From: Nemertoderma westbladi | Lineage: Eukaryota; Animalia; Xenacoelomorpha | NCBI GenBank assembly: GCA_032718475.1 | Contig: JAUCBJ010002372.1 | Coordinates: 1-36,424, forward strand | Direction: 5' to 3' | Length of the DNA stretch: 36,424 nt | Shown here: one piece after another, positions 11,358 to 23,480 of the stretch | Layout of the letters: each line of letters opens with the position of its first letter | Numbering within the stretch: the stretch's first letter is position 1 | The notes under the pieces: model-generated | Told to the model about the DNA's origin: nothing | The model's database searches: none | The model's input: the letters and a program-made list of their open reading frames with translations, nothing else | Position numbers and translations under genes: made by a program

Positions 11358-11909
11358 TCCTATTGCTGCTACTATTACCCAACTGCTACTATCCTATTTC
11401 TGCTATTATTACCCAACTGCCACTATCCTATTGCTGCTATTATTACCCAACTGCCACTATCCTATTGCTGCTATTATTACCCAACTGCCTACTATCCTAT
11501 TGCTGCTATTATTACCCAACTGCCACTATCCAATTGCTGCTATTATTACCCAACTGCTACTATACTATTGCTGCTATTATTACCCAACTGCCTACTATCC
11601 TATTGCTGCTATTATTACCCAACTGCCACTATCCTATTGCTGCTATTATTACCCAACTGCTACTATCCTATTGCTGCTATTATTACCCAACTGCTACTAT
11701 CCTATTGCTGCTTTATTACCCAACTGCCTACTATCCTATTTCTGCTATTATTACCCAACTGCCACTATCCTATTGCTGCTATTATTACCCAACTGCTACT
11801 ATCCTATTGCTGCTACTATTACCCAACTGCTACTATCCTATTGCTGCTATTATTACCAAACTGCTACTATCCTATTGCTGCTACTATTACCCAACTGCTA
11901 CTATCCTAT

Positions 11910-11933
11910 TGCAGCATGCCGATCCTAGTAGTA
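11910..11933 (+). mobile_element. Ultra-short LINE-B 3'-end insertion, copy 2 of 7
   Basis: Same 24-mer and flanks, 576 bp after copy 1. Confidence 0.9.
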
Positions 11934-13732
11934 TCCTATTGCTGCTACTATTACCCAACTGCTACTATCCTATTTCTGTTATTATTACCCAACTGCCACT
12001 ATCCTATTGCTGCTATTATTACCCAACTGCCACTATCCTATTGCTGCTATTATTACCCAACTGCCTACTATCCTATTGCTGCTATTATTACCCAACTGCC
12101 ACTATCCAATTGCTGCTATTATTACCCAACTGCTACTATACTATTGCTGCTATTATTACCCAACTGCCTACTATCCTATTGCTGCTACTATTACCCAACT
12201 GCTACTATCCTATTGCTGCTATTATTACCCAACTGCCACTATCATATTGCTGCTATTATTACCCAACTGCTACTATCCTATTTCTGCTATTATTACCCAA
12301 CTGCCTACTATCCTATTGCTGCTATTATTACCCAACTGCTACTATCCTATTGCTGCTATTATTACCCAACTGCTACTATCCTATTGCTGATATTATTACC
12401 CAACTGCTACTATCCTATTGCTGCTATTATTACCCAACTGCTACTATCCTATTGCTGCTATTATTACCCAACTGCCTACTATCCTATTGCTGCTATTATT
12501 ACCCAACTGCTACTATCCCATTTCTGCTATTATTACCCAACTGCCTACTATCCTATTGCTGCTATTATTACCCAACTGCTACTATCCTATTGCTGCTATT
12601 ATTACCAAACTGCCACTATCCTATTGCTGCTACTATTACCCAACTGCTACTATCCTATTGCTGCTACTATCCTATTGCTGCTATTATTACCCAACTGCTA
12701 CTATCTATTGCTGCTACTATTACCCAACTGCTACCATCCTATTTCTGCTATTATTACCGAACTGCCTAATATCCTATTGCTGCTATTATTACCCAACTGC
12801 TACTATCCTATTTCTGCTATTATTACCCAACTGCCTACTATCCTATTGCTGCTATTATTATCCAACTGCTACTATCCTATTGCTGCTATTATTACCCAAC
12901 TGCTACTATCCTATTGCTGCTATTATTACCCAACTGCCTACTATCCTATTTCTGCTATTATTACCCAACTGCCACTATCCTATTGCTGCTATTATTACCC
13001 AACTGCTACTATCATATTGCTGCTACTATTACCCAACTGCTACTATCCTATTGCTGCTATTATTACCCAACTGCCACTATCCTATTGCTGCTAGTATTAC
13101 CCAACTTCTACTATCCTATTGCTGCTACTATTACCCAACTGCTACTATCCTATTGCTGCTATTATTACCCAACTGCTACTATCATATTGCTGCTACTATT
13201 ACCCAACTGCTACTATCCTATTGCTGCTATTATTACCCAACTGCTACTATCCTATTGCTGCTAGTATTACCCAACTGCTACTATCCTATTGCTGCTATTA
13301 TTACCCAACTGATACTATCCTATTGCTGCTATTATTACCCAACTGCCACTATCCTATTGCTGCTAGTATTACCCAACTTCTACTATCCTATTGCTGCTAC
13401 TATTACCCAACTGATACTATCCTATTGCTGCTATTATTACCCAACTGCCTACTATCCTATTGCTGCTATTATTACCCAACTGCTACTATCCTATTGCTGC
13501 TATTATTACCCAACTGCTACTATCCTATTGCTGCTTTATTACCCAACTGCCTACTATCCTATTTCTGCTATTATTACCCAACTGCCACTATCCTATTGCT
13601 GCTATTATTACCCAACTGCTACTATCCTATTGCTGCTACTATTACCCAACTGCTACTATCCTATTGCTGCTATTATTACCAAACTGCTACTATCCTATTG
13701 CTGCTACTATTACCCAACTGCTACTATCCTAT

Positions 13733-13756
13733 TGCAGCATGCCGATCCTAGTAGTA
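13733..13756 (+). mobile_element. Ultra-short LINE-B 3'-end insertion, copy 3 of 7
   Basis: Same 24-mer and flanks, 1823 bp after copy 2. Confidence 0.9.
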
Positions 13757-16700
13757 TCCTATTGCTGCTACTATTACCCAACTGCTACTATCCTATTTCT
13801 GTTATTATTACCCAACTGCCACTATCCTATTGCTGCTATTATTACCCAACTGCCACTATCCTATTGCTGCTATTATTACCCAACTGCCTACTATCCTATT
13901 GCTGCTATTATTACCCAACTGCCACTATCCAATTGCTGCTATTATTACCCAACTGCTACTATACTATTGCTGCTATTATTACCCAACTGCCTACTATCCT
14001 ATTGCTGCTACTATTACCCAACTGCTACTATCCTATTGCTGCTATTATTACCCAACTGCCACTATCCTATTGCTGCTATTATTACCCAACTGCTACTATC
14101 CTATTTCTGCTATTATTACCCAACTGCCTACTATCCTATTGCTGCTATTATTACCCAACTGCTACTATCCTATTGCTGCTATTATTACCCAACTGCTACT
14201 ATCCTATTGCTGCTATTATTACCCAACTGCTACTATCCTATTGCTGCTATTATTACCCAACTGCTACTATCCTATTGCTGCTATTATTACCCAACTGCCT
14301 ACTATCCTATTGCTGCTATTATTACCCAACTGCTACTATCCCATTTCTGCTATTATTACCCAACTGCCTACTATCCTATTGCTGCTATTATTACCCAACT
14401 GCTACTATCCTATTGCTGCTATTATTACCCAACTGCCACTATCCTATTGCTGCTACTATTACCCAACTGCTACTATCCTATTGCTGCTACTATCCTATTG
14501 CTGCTATTATTACCCAACTGCTACTATCTATTGCTGCTACTATTACCCAACTGCTACCATCCTATTTCTGCTATTATTACCGAACTGCCTAATATCCTAT
14601 TGCTGCTATTATTACCCAACTGCTACTATCCTATTTCTGCTATTATTACCCAACTGCCTACTATCCTATTGCTGCTATTATTACCCAACTGCTACTATCC
14701 TATTGCTGCTATTATTACCCAACTGCTACTATCCTATTGCTGCTATTATTACCCAACTGCCTACTATCCTATTTCTGCTATTATTACCCAACTGCCACTA
14801 TCCTATTGCTGCTATTATTACCCAACTGCTACTATCCTATTGCTGCTACTATTACCCAACTGCTACTATCCTATTGCTGCTATTATTACCCAACTGCCAC
14901 TATCCTATTGCTGCTAGTATTACCCAACTTCTACTATCCTATTGCTGCTACTATTACCCAACTGCTACTATCCTATTGCTGCTATTATTACCCAACTGCT
15001 ACTATCATATTGCTGCTACTATTACCCAACTGCTACTATCCTATTGCTGCTATTATTACCCAACTGCTACTATCCTATTGCTGCTAGTATTACCCAACTG
15101 CTACTATCCTATTGCTGCTATTATTACCCAACTGATACTATCCTATTGCTGCTATTATTACCCAACTGCCACTATCCTATTGCTGCTAGTATTACCCAAC
15201 TTCTACTATCCTATTGCTGCTACTATTACCCAACTGATACTATCCTATTGCTGCTATTATTACCCAACTGCTACTATCCTATTTCTGCTATTATTACCCA
15301 ACTGCTACTATCCTATTTCTGTTATTATTACCCAACTGCCACTATCCTATTGCTGCTATTATTACCCAACTGCCTACTATCCTATTGCTGCTATTATTAC
15401 CCAACTGCTACTATCCTATTGCTGCTATTATTACCCAACTGCCACTATCCTATTGCTGCTATTATTACCCAACTGCCTACTATCCTATTGCTGCTATTAT
15501 TACCCAACTGCTACTATCCTATTGCTGCTATTATTACCCAACTGCTACTATCCTATTGCTGCTATTATTCCCCAACTGCCTACTATCATATTGCTGCTAT
15601 TATTACCCAACTGCCTACTATCCTATTTCTGCTATTATTACCCAACTGCCACTATCCTATTGCTGCTATTATTACCCAACTGCCACTATCCTATTGCTGC
15701 TAGTATTACCCAACTTCTACTATCCTATTGCTGCTACTATTACCCAACTGCTACTATCCTATTGCTGCTATTATTACCCAACTGATACTATCCTATTGCT
15801 GCTACTATTACCCAACTGCTACTATCCTATTGCTGCTACTATTACCCTACTGCTACTATCCTATTTCTGCTATTATTACCCAACTGCCACTATCCTATTG
15901 CTGCTATTATTACCCAACTGCTACTATCCTATTGCTGCTACTATTACCCAACTGCTACTATCCTATTGCTGCTATTATTACCCAACTGCTACTATCCTAT
16001 TTCTGTTATTATTACCCAACTGCCACTATCCTATTGCTGCTATTATTACCCAACTGCCTACTATCCTATTGCTGCTATTATTACCCAACTGCCACTATCA
16101 TATTGCTGCTATTATTACCCAACTGCTACTATCCTATTGCTGCTATTATTACCCAACTGCCTACTATCCTATTGCTGCTATTATTACCCAACTGCTACTA
16201 TCCTATTTCTGCTATTATTACCCAACTGCTACTATCCTATTTCTGCTATTATTACCCAACTGCCACTATCCTATTGCTGCTATTATTACACAACTGCTAC
16301 TATCCTATTGCTGCTATTATTACCCAACTGCTACTATCCTATTGCTGCTTTATTACCCAACTGCCTACTATCCTATTTCTGCTATTATTACCCAACTGCT
16401 ACTATCCTATTTCTGCTATTATTACCCAACTGCCACTATCCTATTGCTGCTATTATTACCCAACTGCTACTATCCTATTGCTGCTATTATTACCCAACTG
16501 CTACTATCCTATTGCTGCTATTATTACCCAACTGCTACTATCCTATTGCTGTTTTATTACCCAACTGCCTACTATCCTATTTCTGCTATTATTACCCAAC
16601 TGCTACTATCCTATTGCTGCTACTATTACCCAACTGCTACTATCCTATTGCTGCTACTATTACCCAACTGCTACTATCCTATTTCTGCTATTATTACCCA

Positions 16701-17022
16701 ACTGCTACTATCCTATTTCTGCTATTATTACCCAACTGCCACTATCCTATTGCTGCTATTATTACCCAACTGCTACTATCCTATTGCTGCTATTATTACC
16801 CAACTGCTACTATCCTATTGCTGCTTTATTACCCAACTGCCTACTATCCTATTTCTGCTATTATTACCCAACTGCCACTATCCTATTGCTGCTATTATTA
16901 CCCAACTGCTACTATCCTATTGCTGCTACTATTACCCAACTGCTACTATCCTATTGCTGCTATTATTACCAAACTGCTACTATCCTATTGCTGCTACTAT
17001 TACCCAACTGCTACTATCCTAT

Positions 17023-17046
17023 TGCAGCATGCCGATCCTAGTAGTA
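17023..17046 (+). mobile_element. Ultra-short LINE-B 3'-end insertion, copy 4 of 7
   Basis: Same 24-mer and flanks. Confidence 0.9.
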
Positions 17047-17598
17047 TCCTATTGCTGCTACTATTACCCAACTGCTACTATCCTATTTCTGCTATTATTA
17101 CCCAACTGCCACTATCCTATTGCTGCTATTATTACCCAACTGCCACTATCCTATTGCTGCTATTATTACCCAACTGCCTACTATCCTATTGCTGCTATTA
17201 TTACCCAACTGCCACTATCCAATTGCTGCTATTATTACCCAACTGCTACTATACTATTGCTGCTATTATTACCCAACTGCCTACTATCCTATTGCTGCTA
17301 TTATTACCCAACTGCCACTATCCTATTGCTGCTATTATTACCCAACTGCTACTATCCTATTGCTGCTATTATTACCCAACTGCTACTATCCTATTGCTGC
17401 TTTATTACCCAACTGCCTACTATCCTATTTCTGCTATTATTACCCAACTGCCACTATCCTATTGCTGCTATTATTACCCAACTGCTACTATCCTATTGCT
17501 GCTACTATTACTCAACTGCTACTATCCTATTGCTGCTATTATTACCAAACTGCTACTATCCTATTGCTGCTACTATTACCCAACTGCTACTATCCTAT

Positions 17599-17622
17599 TG
17601 CAGCATGCCGATCCTAGTAGTA
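17599..17622 (+). mobile_element. Ultra-short LINE-B 3'-end insertion, copy 5 of 7
   Basis: Same 24-mer and flanks, 576 bp after copy 4. Confidence 0.9.
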
Positions 17623-18151
17623 TCCTATTGCTGCTACTATTACCCAACTGCTACTATCCTATTTCTGCTATTATTACCCAACTGCCACTATCCTATTGCT
17701 GCTATTATTACCCAACTGCCACTATCCTATTGCTGCTATTATTACCCAACTGCCTACTATCCTATTGCTGCTATTATTACCCAACTGCCACTATCCAATT
17801 GCTGCTATTATTACCCAACTGCTACTATACTATTGCTGCTATTATTACCCAACTGCCTACTATCCTATTGCTGCTATTATTACCCAACTGCTACTATCCT
17901 ATTGCTGCTACTATTACCCAACTGCTACCATCCTATTTCTGCTATTATTACCGAACTGCCTACTATGCTATTGCTGCTATTATTACCCAACTGCTACTAT
18001 CCTATTGCTGCTATTATTACCCAACTGCTACTATCCAATTGCTGCTATTATTACCCAACTGCTACTATCCTATTGCTGCTATTATTACCCAACTGCTACT
18101 ATCCTATTGCTGCTATTATTACCCAACTGCTACTATCCTATTGCTGCTATT

Positions 18152-19708
18152 GAGCATTAAGACCAATCGTGCCAGTGGAGTAGATGGTGTTCCCCCTGAG
18201 GTCTTTAAAATACCTGAGTGTTTAAAGCTCATCTATCCCATCATAGTAGACATGTACCGTACAACAAGAGTCCCACAAGAAATGAAAACAAATAAGTTGG
18301 TGCCAGTTCCCAAGAAGGGCAACCTAACACTCTATGGTTCTTTTCGGGGAATCTCATTGATCTCGATTGCTGCAAAACTATACAATAGAATTCTATTAAA
18401 TCGCATCAGGGATCCCATTGAGAGACTGCTACGTGGAAATCAGAATGGGTTCCGTAAAGGTCGTGGGACCATGGAGCCCATTTTGGCACTTAGAAGGATA
18501 ATTGAAGAGTTATCAAAAAAGAAAGACAGGCATCTGGCTGTTATCTTTGTTGACTTCTTCAAGGCCTTTGATTCAGTCTCTCGCTCACGTATGTTCAGCA
18601 TACTTTCATTATATGGGATTCCTGATGAAATTATTGCAGCAATCAGATCAGTATACGATGGTTCAACAACATTTGTGTCTACTGTTGACGGTGACACAGA
18701 ACCATTTGAAGTGTTATGGGGCGTCCTCCAAGGAGACACACTTGCACCATTCTTGTTCATTATTGTGGTTGACTATGTTCTACGCATGTCCTTAGATCAT
18801 CATAATGATGATGGGGTGATGATAACTCCACCTACTGGCTCCAGAAGTCGAGGAAATCCTGCCAAGTACCTAACTGATCTAGACTTTGCTGATGACTTAG
18901 GAGTACTCTCAGAATCATTAGAGGGAGCCCAGCGGCTCCTCAGCTCATTAGAACATGCTGCTTCTAGTGTTGGTCTTTTTATTAACTCCAGAAAGACCAA
19001 AATTCTGACAGTTAACTTTGAAAGTCCTCAGCAAGTCTCTGATCGGATGAGCATAAGCTCAAAGGATGGTATGCTTGAGCATGTGGACGACTTCTGTTAC
19101 CTGGGATCATGGATCCGGAAGTCAGGTGAGGACCTTCGAATACGTAAGGGAAAGGCATGGGCAGCCTTGAATAGGCTTTCCAGGATTTGGAAGTCACCTA
19201 GAATTAATCGGAAACTTAAGGTCCGATTATTTAGAGCAGCAGTAGTTCCAGTACTCCTCTACGGGAGTCCATGCTGGGCTCTAACTGCTGAGGACACCAA
19301 ATCTCTGGATGGCACATTCACAAGAATGCTACGCCGGGTACATTGTGTCAAGTACAATGCACACATCTCCAACCAGACACTATATAACATTGGAGGTGTC
19401 TCATTGGTCCCCCCAAGCTTGACACTAGAACAAAATCGCCTCCGCTTTGCAGGACATTGCTTTCGCCGTGAGGACCAGCCAGTGCATAATCTTGTACTTT
19501 GGCAGCCTCATGGAGTGAATAAGCATGGTGGACAGCCCATGACTTTCTTGAGACGCATCTTAAAGGACACTGGCCTTAAAGATGCGGATGATCTAGCAAA
19601 TGTCATGGGTGATAGGGAGTTGTGGCGGTGCAATTTTGTTGACAAGCCGGCACAGCATTCTTAAAAATGCAGCTGCAATGCAGCATGCCGATCCTAGTAG
19701 TAGTAGTA
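18152..19708 (+). mobile_element. LINE-B copy 2: 5'-truncated RTE-like retrotransposon with an uninterrupted RT frame, inserted in satellite 1
   Basis: Frame SIKTNRASGVDGVPPEVFK...PVPKKG...QNGFRKGR...FVDFFKAFDSV...GVLQGDTLAP...DFADD...YLGS...DKPAQHS* (stop ends 19664); short 3' UTR and (TAG)4TA tail; 12-bp TSD attgctgctatt at 18140-18151 and 19709-19720; no APE domain or own start. Confidence 0.95.
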
Positions 19709-22700
19709 ATTGCTGCTATTATTACCCAACTGCCACTATCCTATTGCTGATATTATTACCCAACTGCTACTATCCTATTGCTACTATTATTACCCAACTG
19801 CTACTATCCTATTGCTGTTATTATTACCCAACTGCTACTATCCTATTGCTGCTACTATTACCAACTGCTACTATCCTATTGCTGCTACTATTACCCAACT
19901 GCTACTATCCTATTGCTACTATTATTACCCAACTGCCACTATCCTATTGCTGCTATTATTACCCAACTGCCACTATCCTATTGCTGCTACTATTACCTAA
20001 CTGCTACTATCCTATTGCTGCTATTATTACCCAACTGCTACTATCCTATTGCTGCTATTATTACCCAACTGCTACTATCCTATTTCTGCTATTATTACCC
20101 AACTGCCACTATCCTATTGCTGCTATTATTACCCAACTGCCACTATCCTATTGCTGCTACTATTACCCAACTGCCCACTATCCAATTGCTGCTATTATTA
20201 CCCAACTGCTACTATACTATTGCTGCTATTATTACCCAACTGCCTACTATCCTATTGCTGCTATTATTACCCAACTGCTACTATCCTATTGCTGCTACTA
20301 TTACCCAACTGCTACCATCCTATTTCTGCTATTATTACCGAACTGCCTACTATGCTATTGCTGCTATTATTACCCAACTGCTACTATCCTATTGCTGCTA
20401 TTATTACCCAACTGCTACTATCCAATTGCTGCTATTATTACCCAACTGCTACTATCCTATTGCTGCTATTATTACCCAACTGCTACTATCCTATTGCTGC
20501 TATTATTACCCAACTGCTACTATCCTATTGCTGCTATTATTACCCAACTGCCACTATCCTATTGCTGATATTATTACCCAACTGCTACTATCCTATTGCT
20601 ACTATTATTACCCAACTGCTACTATCCTATTGCTGTTATTATTACCCAACTGCTACTATCCTATTGCTGCTACTATTACCAACTGCTACTATCCTATTGC
20701 TGCTACTATTACCCAACTGCTACTATCCTATTGCTACTATTATTACCCAACTGCCACTATCCTATTGCTGCTATTATTACCCAACTGCCACTATCCAATT
20801 GCTGCTATTATTACCCAACTGCTACTATACTATTGCTGCTATTATTACCCAACTGCCTACTATCCTATTGCTGCTATTATTACCCAACTGCTACTATCCT
20901 ATTGCTGCTACTATTACCCAACTGCTACTATCCTATTGCTACTATTATTACCCAACTGCTACTATCCTATTGCTGCTATTATTACCCAACTGCCACTATC
21001 CTATTGCTGCTATTATTACCCAACTGCCACAATCCTATTGCTGCTATTATTACCCAACTGCTACTATCCTATTTCTGCTATTATTACCCAACTGCCACTA
21101 TCCTATTGCTGCTATTATTACCCAACTGCTACTATCCTATTTCTGCTATTATTACCCAACTGCTACTATCCTATTTCTGTTATTATTACCCAACTGCCAC
21201 TATCCTATTGCTGCTATTATTACCCAACTGCCTACTATCCTATTGCTGCTATTATTACCCAACTGCTACTATCCTATTGCTGCTATTATTACCCAACTGC
21301 CACTATCCTATTGCTGCTATTATTACCCAACTGCCTACTATCCTATTGCTGCTATTATTACCCAACTGCTACTATCCTATTGCTGCTATTATTACCCAAC
21401 TGCTACTATCCTATTGCTGCTATTATTCCCCAACTGCCTACTATCATATTGCTGCTATTATTACCCAACTGCCTACTATCCTATTTCTGCTATTATTACC
21501 CAACTGCCACTATCCTATTGCTGCTATTATTACCCAACTGCCACTATCCTATTGCTGCTAGTATTACCCAACTTCTACTATCCTATTGCTGCTACTATTA
21601 CCCAACTGCTACTATCCTATTGCTGCTATTATTACCCAACTGATACTATCCTATTGCTGCTACTATTACCCAACTGCTACTATCCTATTGCTGCTACTAT
21701 TACCCTACTGCTACTATCCTATTTCTGCTATTATTACCCAACTGCCACTATCCTATTGCTGCTATTATTACCCAACTGCTACTATCCTATTGCTGCTACT
21801 ATTACCCAACTGCTACTATCCTATTGCTGCTATTATTACCCAACTGCTACTATCCTATTTCTGTTATTATTACCCAACTGCCACTATCCTATTGCTGCTA
21901 TTATTACCCAACTGCCTACTATCCTATTGCTGCTATTATTACCCAACTGCCACTATCATATTGCTGCTATTATTACCCAACTGCTACTATCCTATTGCTG
22001 CTATTATTACCCAACTGCCTACTATCCTATTGCTGCTATTATTACCCAACTGCTACTATCCTATTTCTGCTATTATTACCCAACTGCTACTATCCTATTT
22101 CTGCTATTATTACCCAACTGCCACTATCCTATTGCTGCTATTATTACACAACTGCTACTATCCTATTGCTGCTATTATTACCCAACTGCTACTATCCTAT
22201 TGCTGCTTTATTACCCAACTGCCTACTATCCTATTTCTGCTATTATTACCCAACTGCTACTATCCTATTTCTGCTATTATTACCCAACTGCCACTATCCT
22301 ATTGCTGCTATTATTACCCAACTGCTACTATCCTATTGCTGCTATTATTACCCAACTGCTACTATCCTATTGCTGCTATTATTACCCAACTGCTACTATC
22401 CTATTGCTGTTTTATTACCCAACTGCCTACTATCCTATTTCTGCTATTATTACCCAACTGCTACTATCCTATTGCTGCTACTATTACCCAACTGCTACTA
22501 TCCTATTGCTGCTACTATTACCCAACTGCTACTATCCTATTTCTGCTATTATTACCCAACTGCTACTATCCTATTTCTGCTATTATTACCCAACTGCCAC
22601 TATCCTATTGCTGCTATTATTACCCAACTGCTACTATCCTATTGCTGCTATTATTACCCAACTGCTACTATCCTATTGCTGCTTTATTACCCAACTGCCT

Positions 22701-22880
22701 ACTATCCTATTTCTGCTATTATTACCCAACTGCCACTATCCTATTGCTGCTATTATTACCCAACTGCTACTATCCTATTGCTGCTACTATTACCCAACTG
22801 CTACTATCCTATTGCTGCTATTATTACCAAACTGCTACTATCCTATTGCTGCTACTATTACCCAACTGCTACTATCCTAT

Positions 22881-22904
22881 TGCAGCATGCCGATCCTAGT
22901 AGTA
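22881..22904 (+). mobile_element. Ultra-short LINE-B 3'-end insertion, copy 6 of 7
   Basis: Same 24-mer and flanks, 5858 bp after copy 4. Confidence 0.9.
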
Positions 22905-23456
22905 TCCTATTGCTGCTACTATTACCCAACTGCTACTATCCTATTTCTGCTATTATTACCCAACTGCCACTATCCTATTGCTGCTATTATTACCCAACTG
23001 CCACTATCCTATTGCTGCTATTATTACCCAACTGCCTACTATCCTATTGCTGCTATTATTACCCAACTGCCACTATCCAATTGCTGCTATTATTACCCAA
23101 CTGCTACTATACTATTGCTGCTATTATTACCCAACTGCCTACTATCCTATTGCTGCTATTATTACCCAACTGCCACTATCCTATTGCTGCTATTATTACC
23201 CAACTGCTACTATCCTATTGCTGCTATTATTACCCAACTGCTACTATCCTATTGCTGCTTTATTACCCAACTGCCTACTATCCTATTTCTGCTATTATTA
23301 CCCAACTGCCACTATCCTATTGCTGCTATTATTACCCAACTGCTACTATCCTATTGCTGCTACTATTACCCAACTGCTACTATCCTATTGCTGCTATTAT
23401 TACCAAACTGCTACTATCCTATTGCTGCTACTATTACCCAACTGCTACTATCCTAT

Positions 23457-23480
23457 TGCAGCATGCCGATCCTAGTAGTA
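23457..23480 (+). mobile_element. Ultra-short LINE-B 3'-end insertion, copy 7 of 7
   Basis: Same 24-mer and flanks, 576 bp after copy 6. Confidence 0.9.

Noticed and set aside
15966-19664. 1232-aa 'repeat protein-RT fusion'
   Set aside because: Any insertion in a stop-free satellite is in frame with one of its three open frames; the junction is a TSD-flanked 5' truncation, not a gene fusion.
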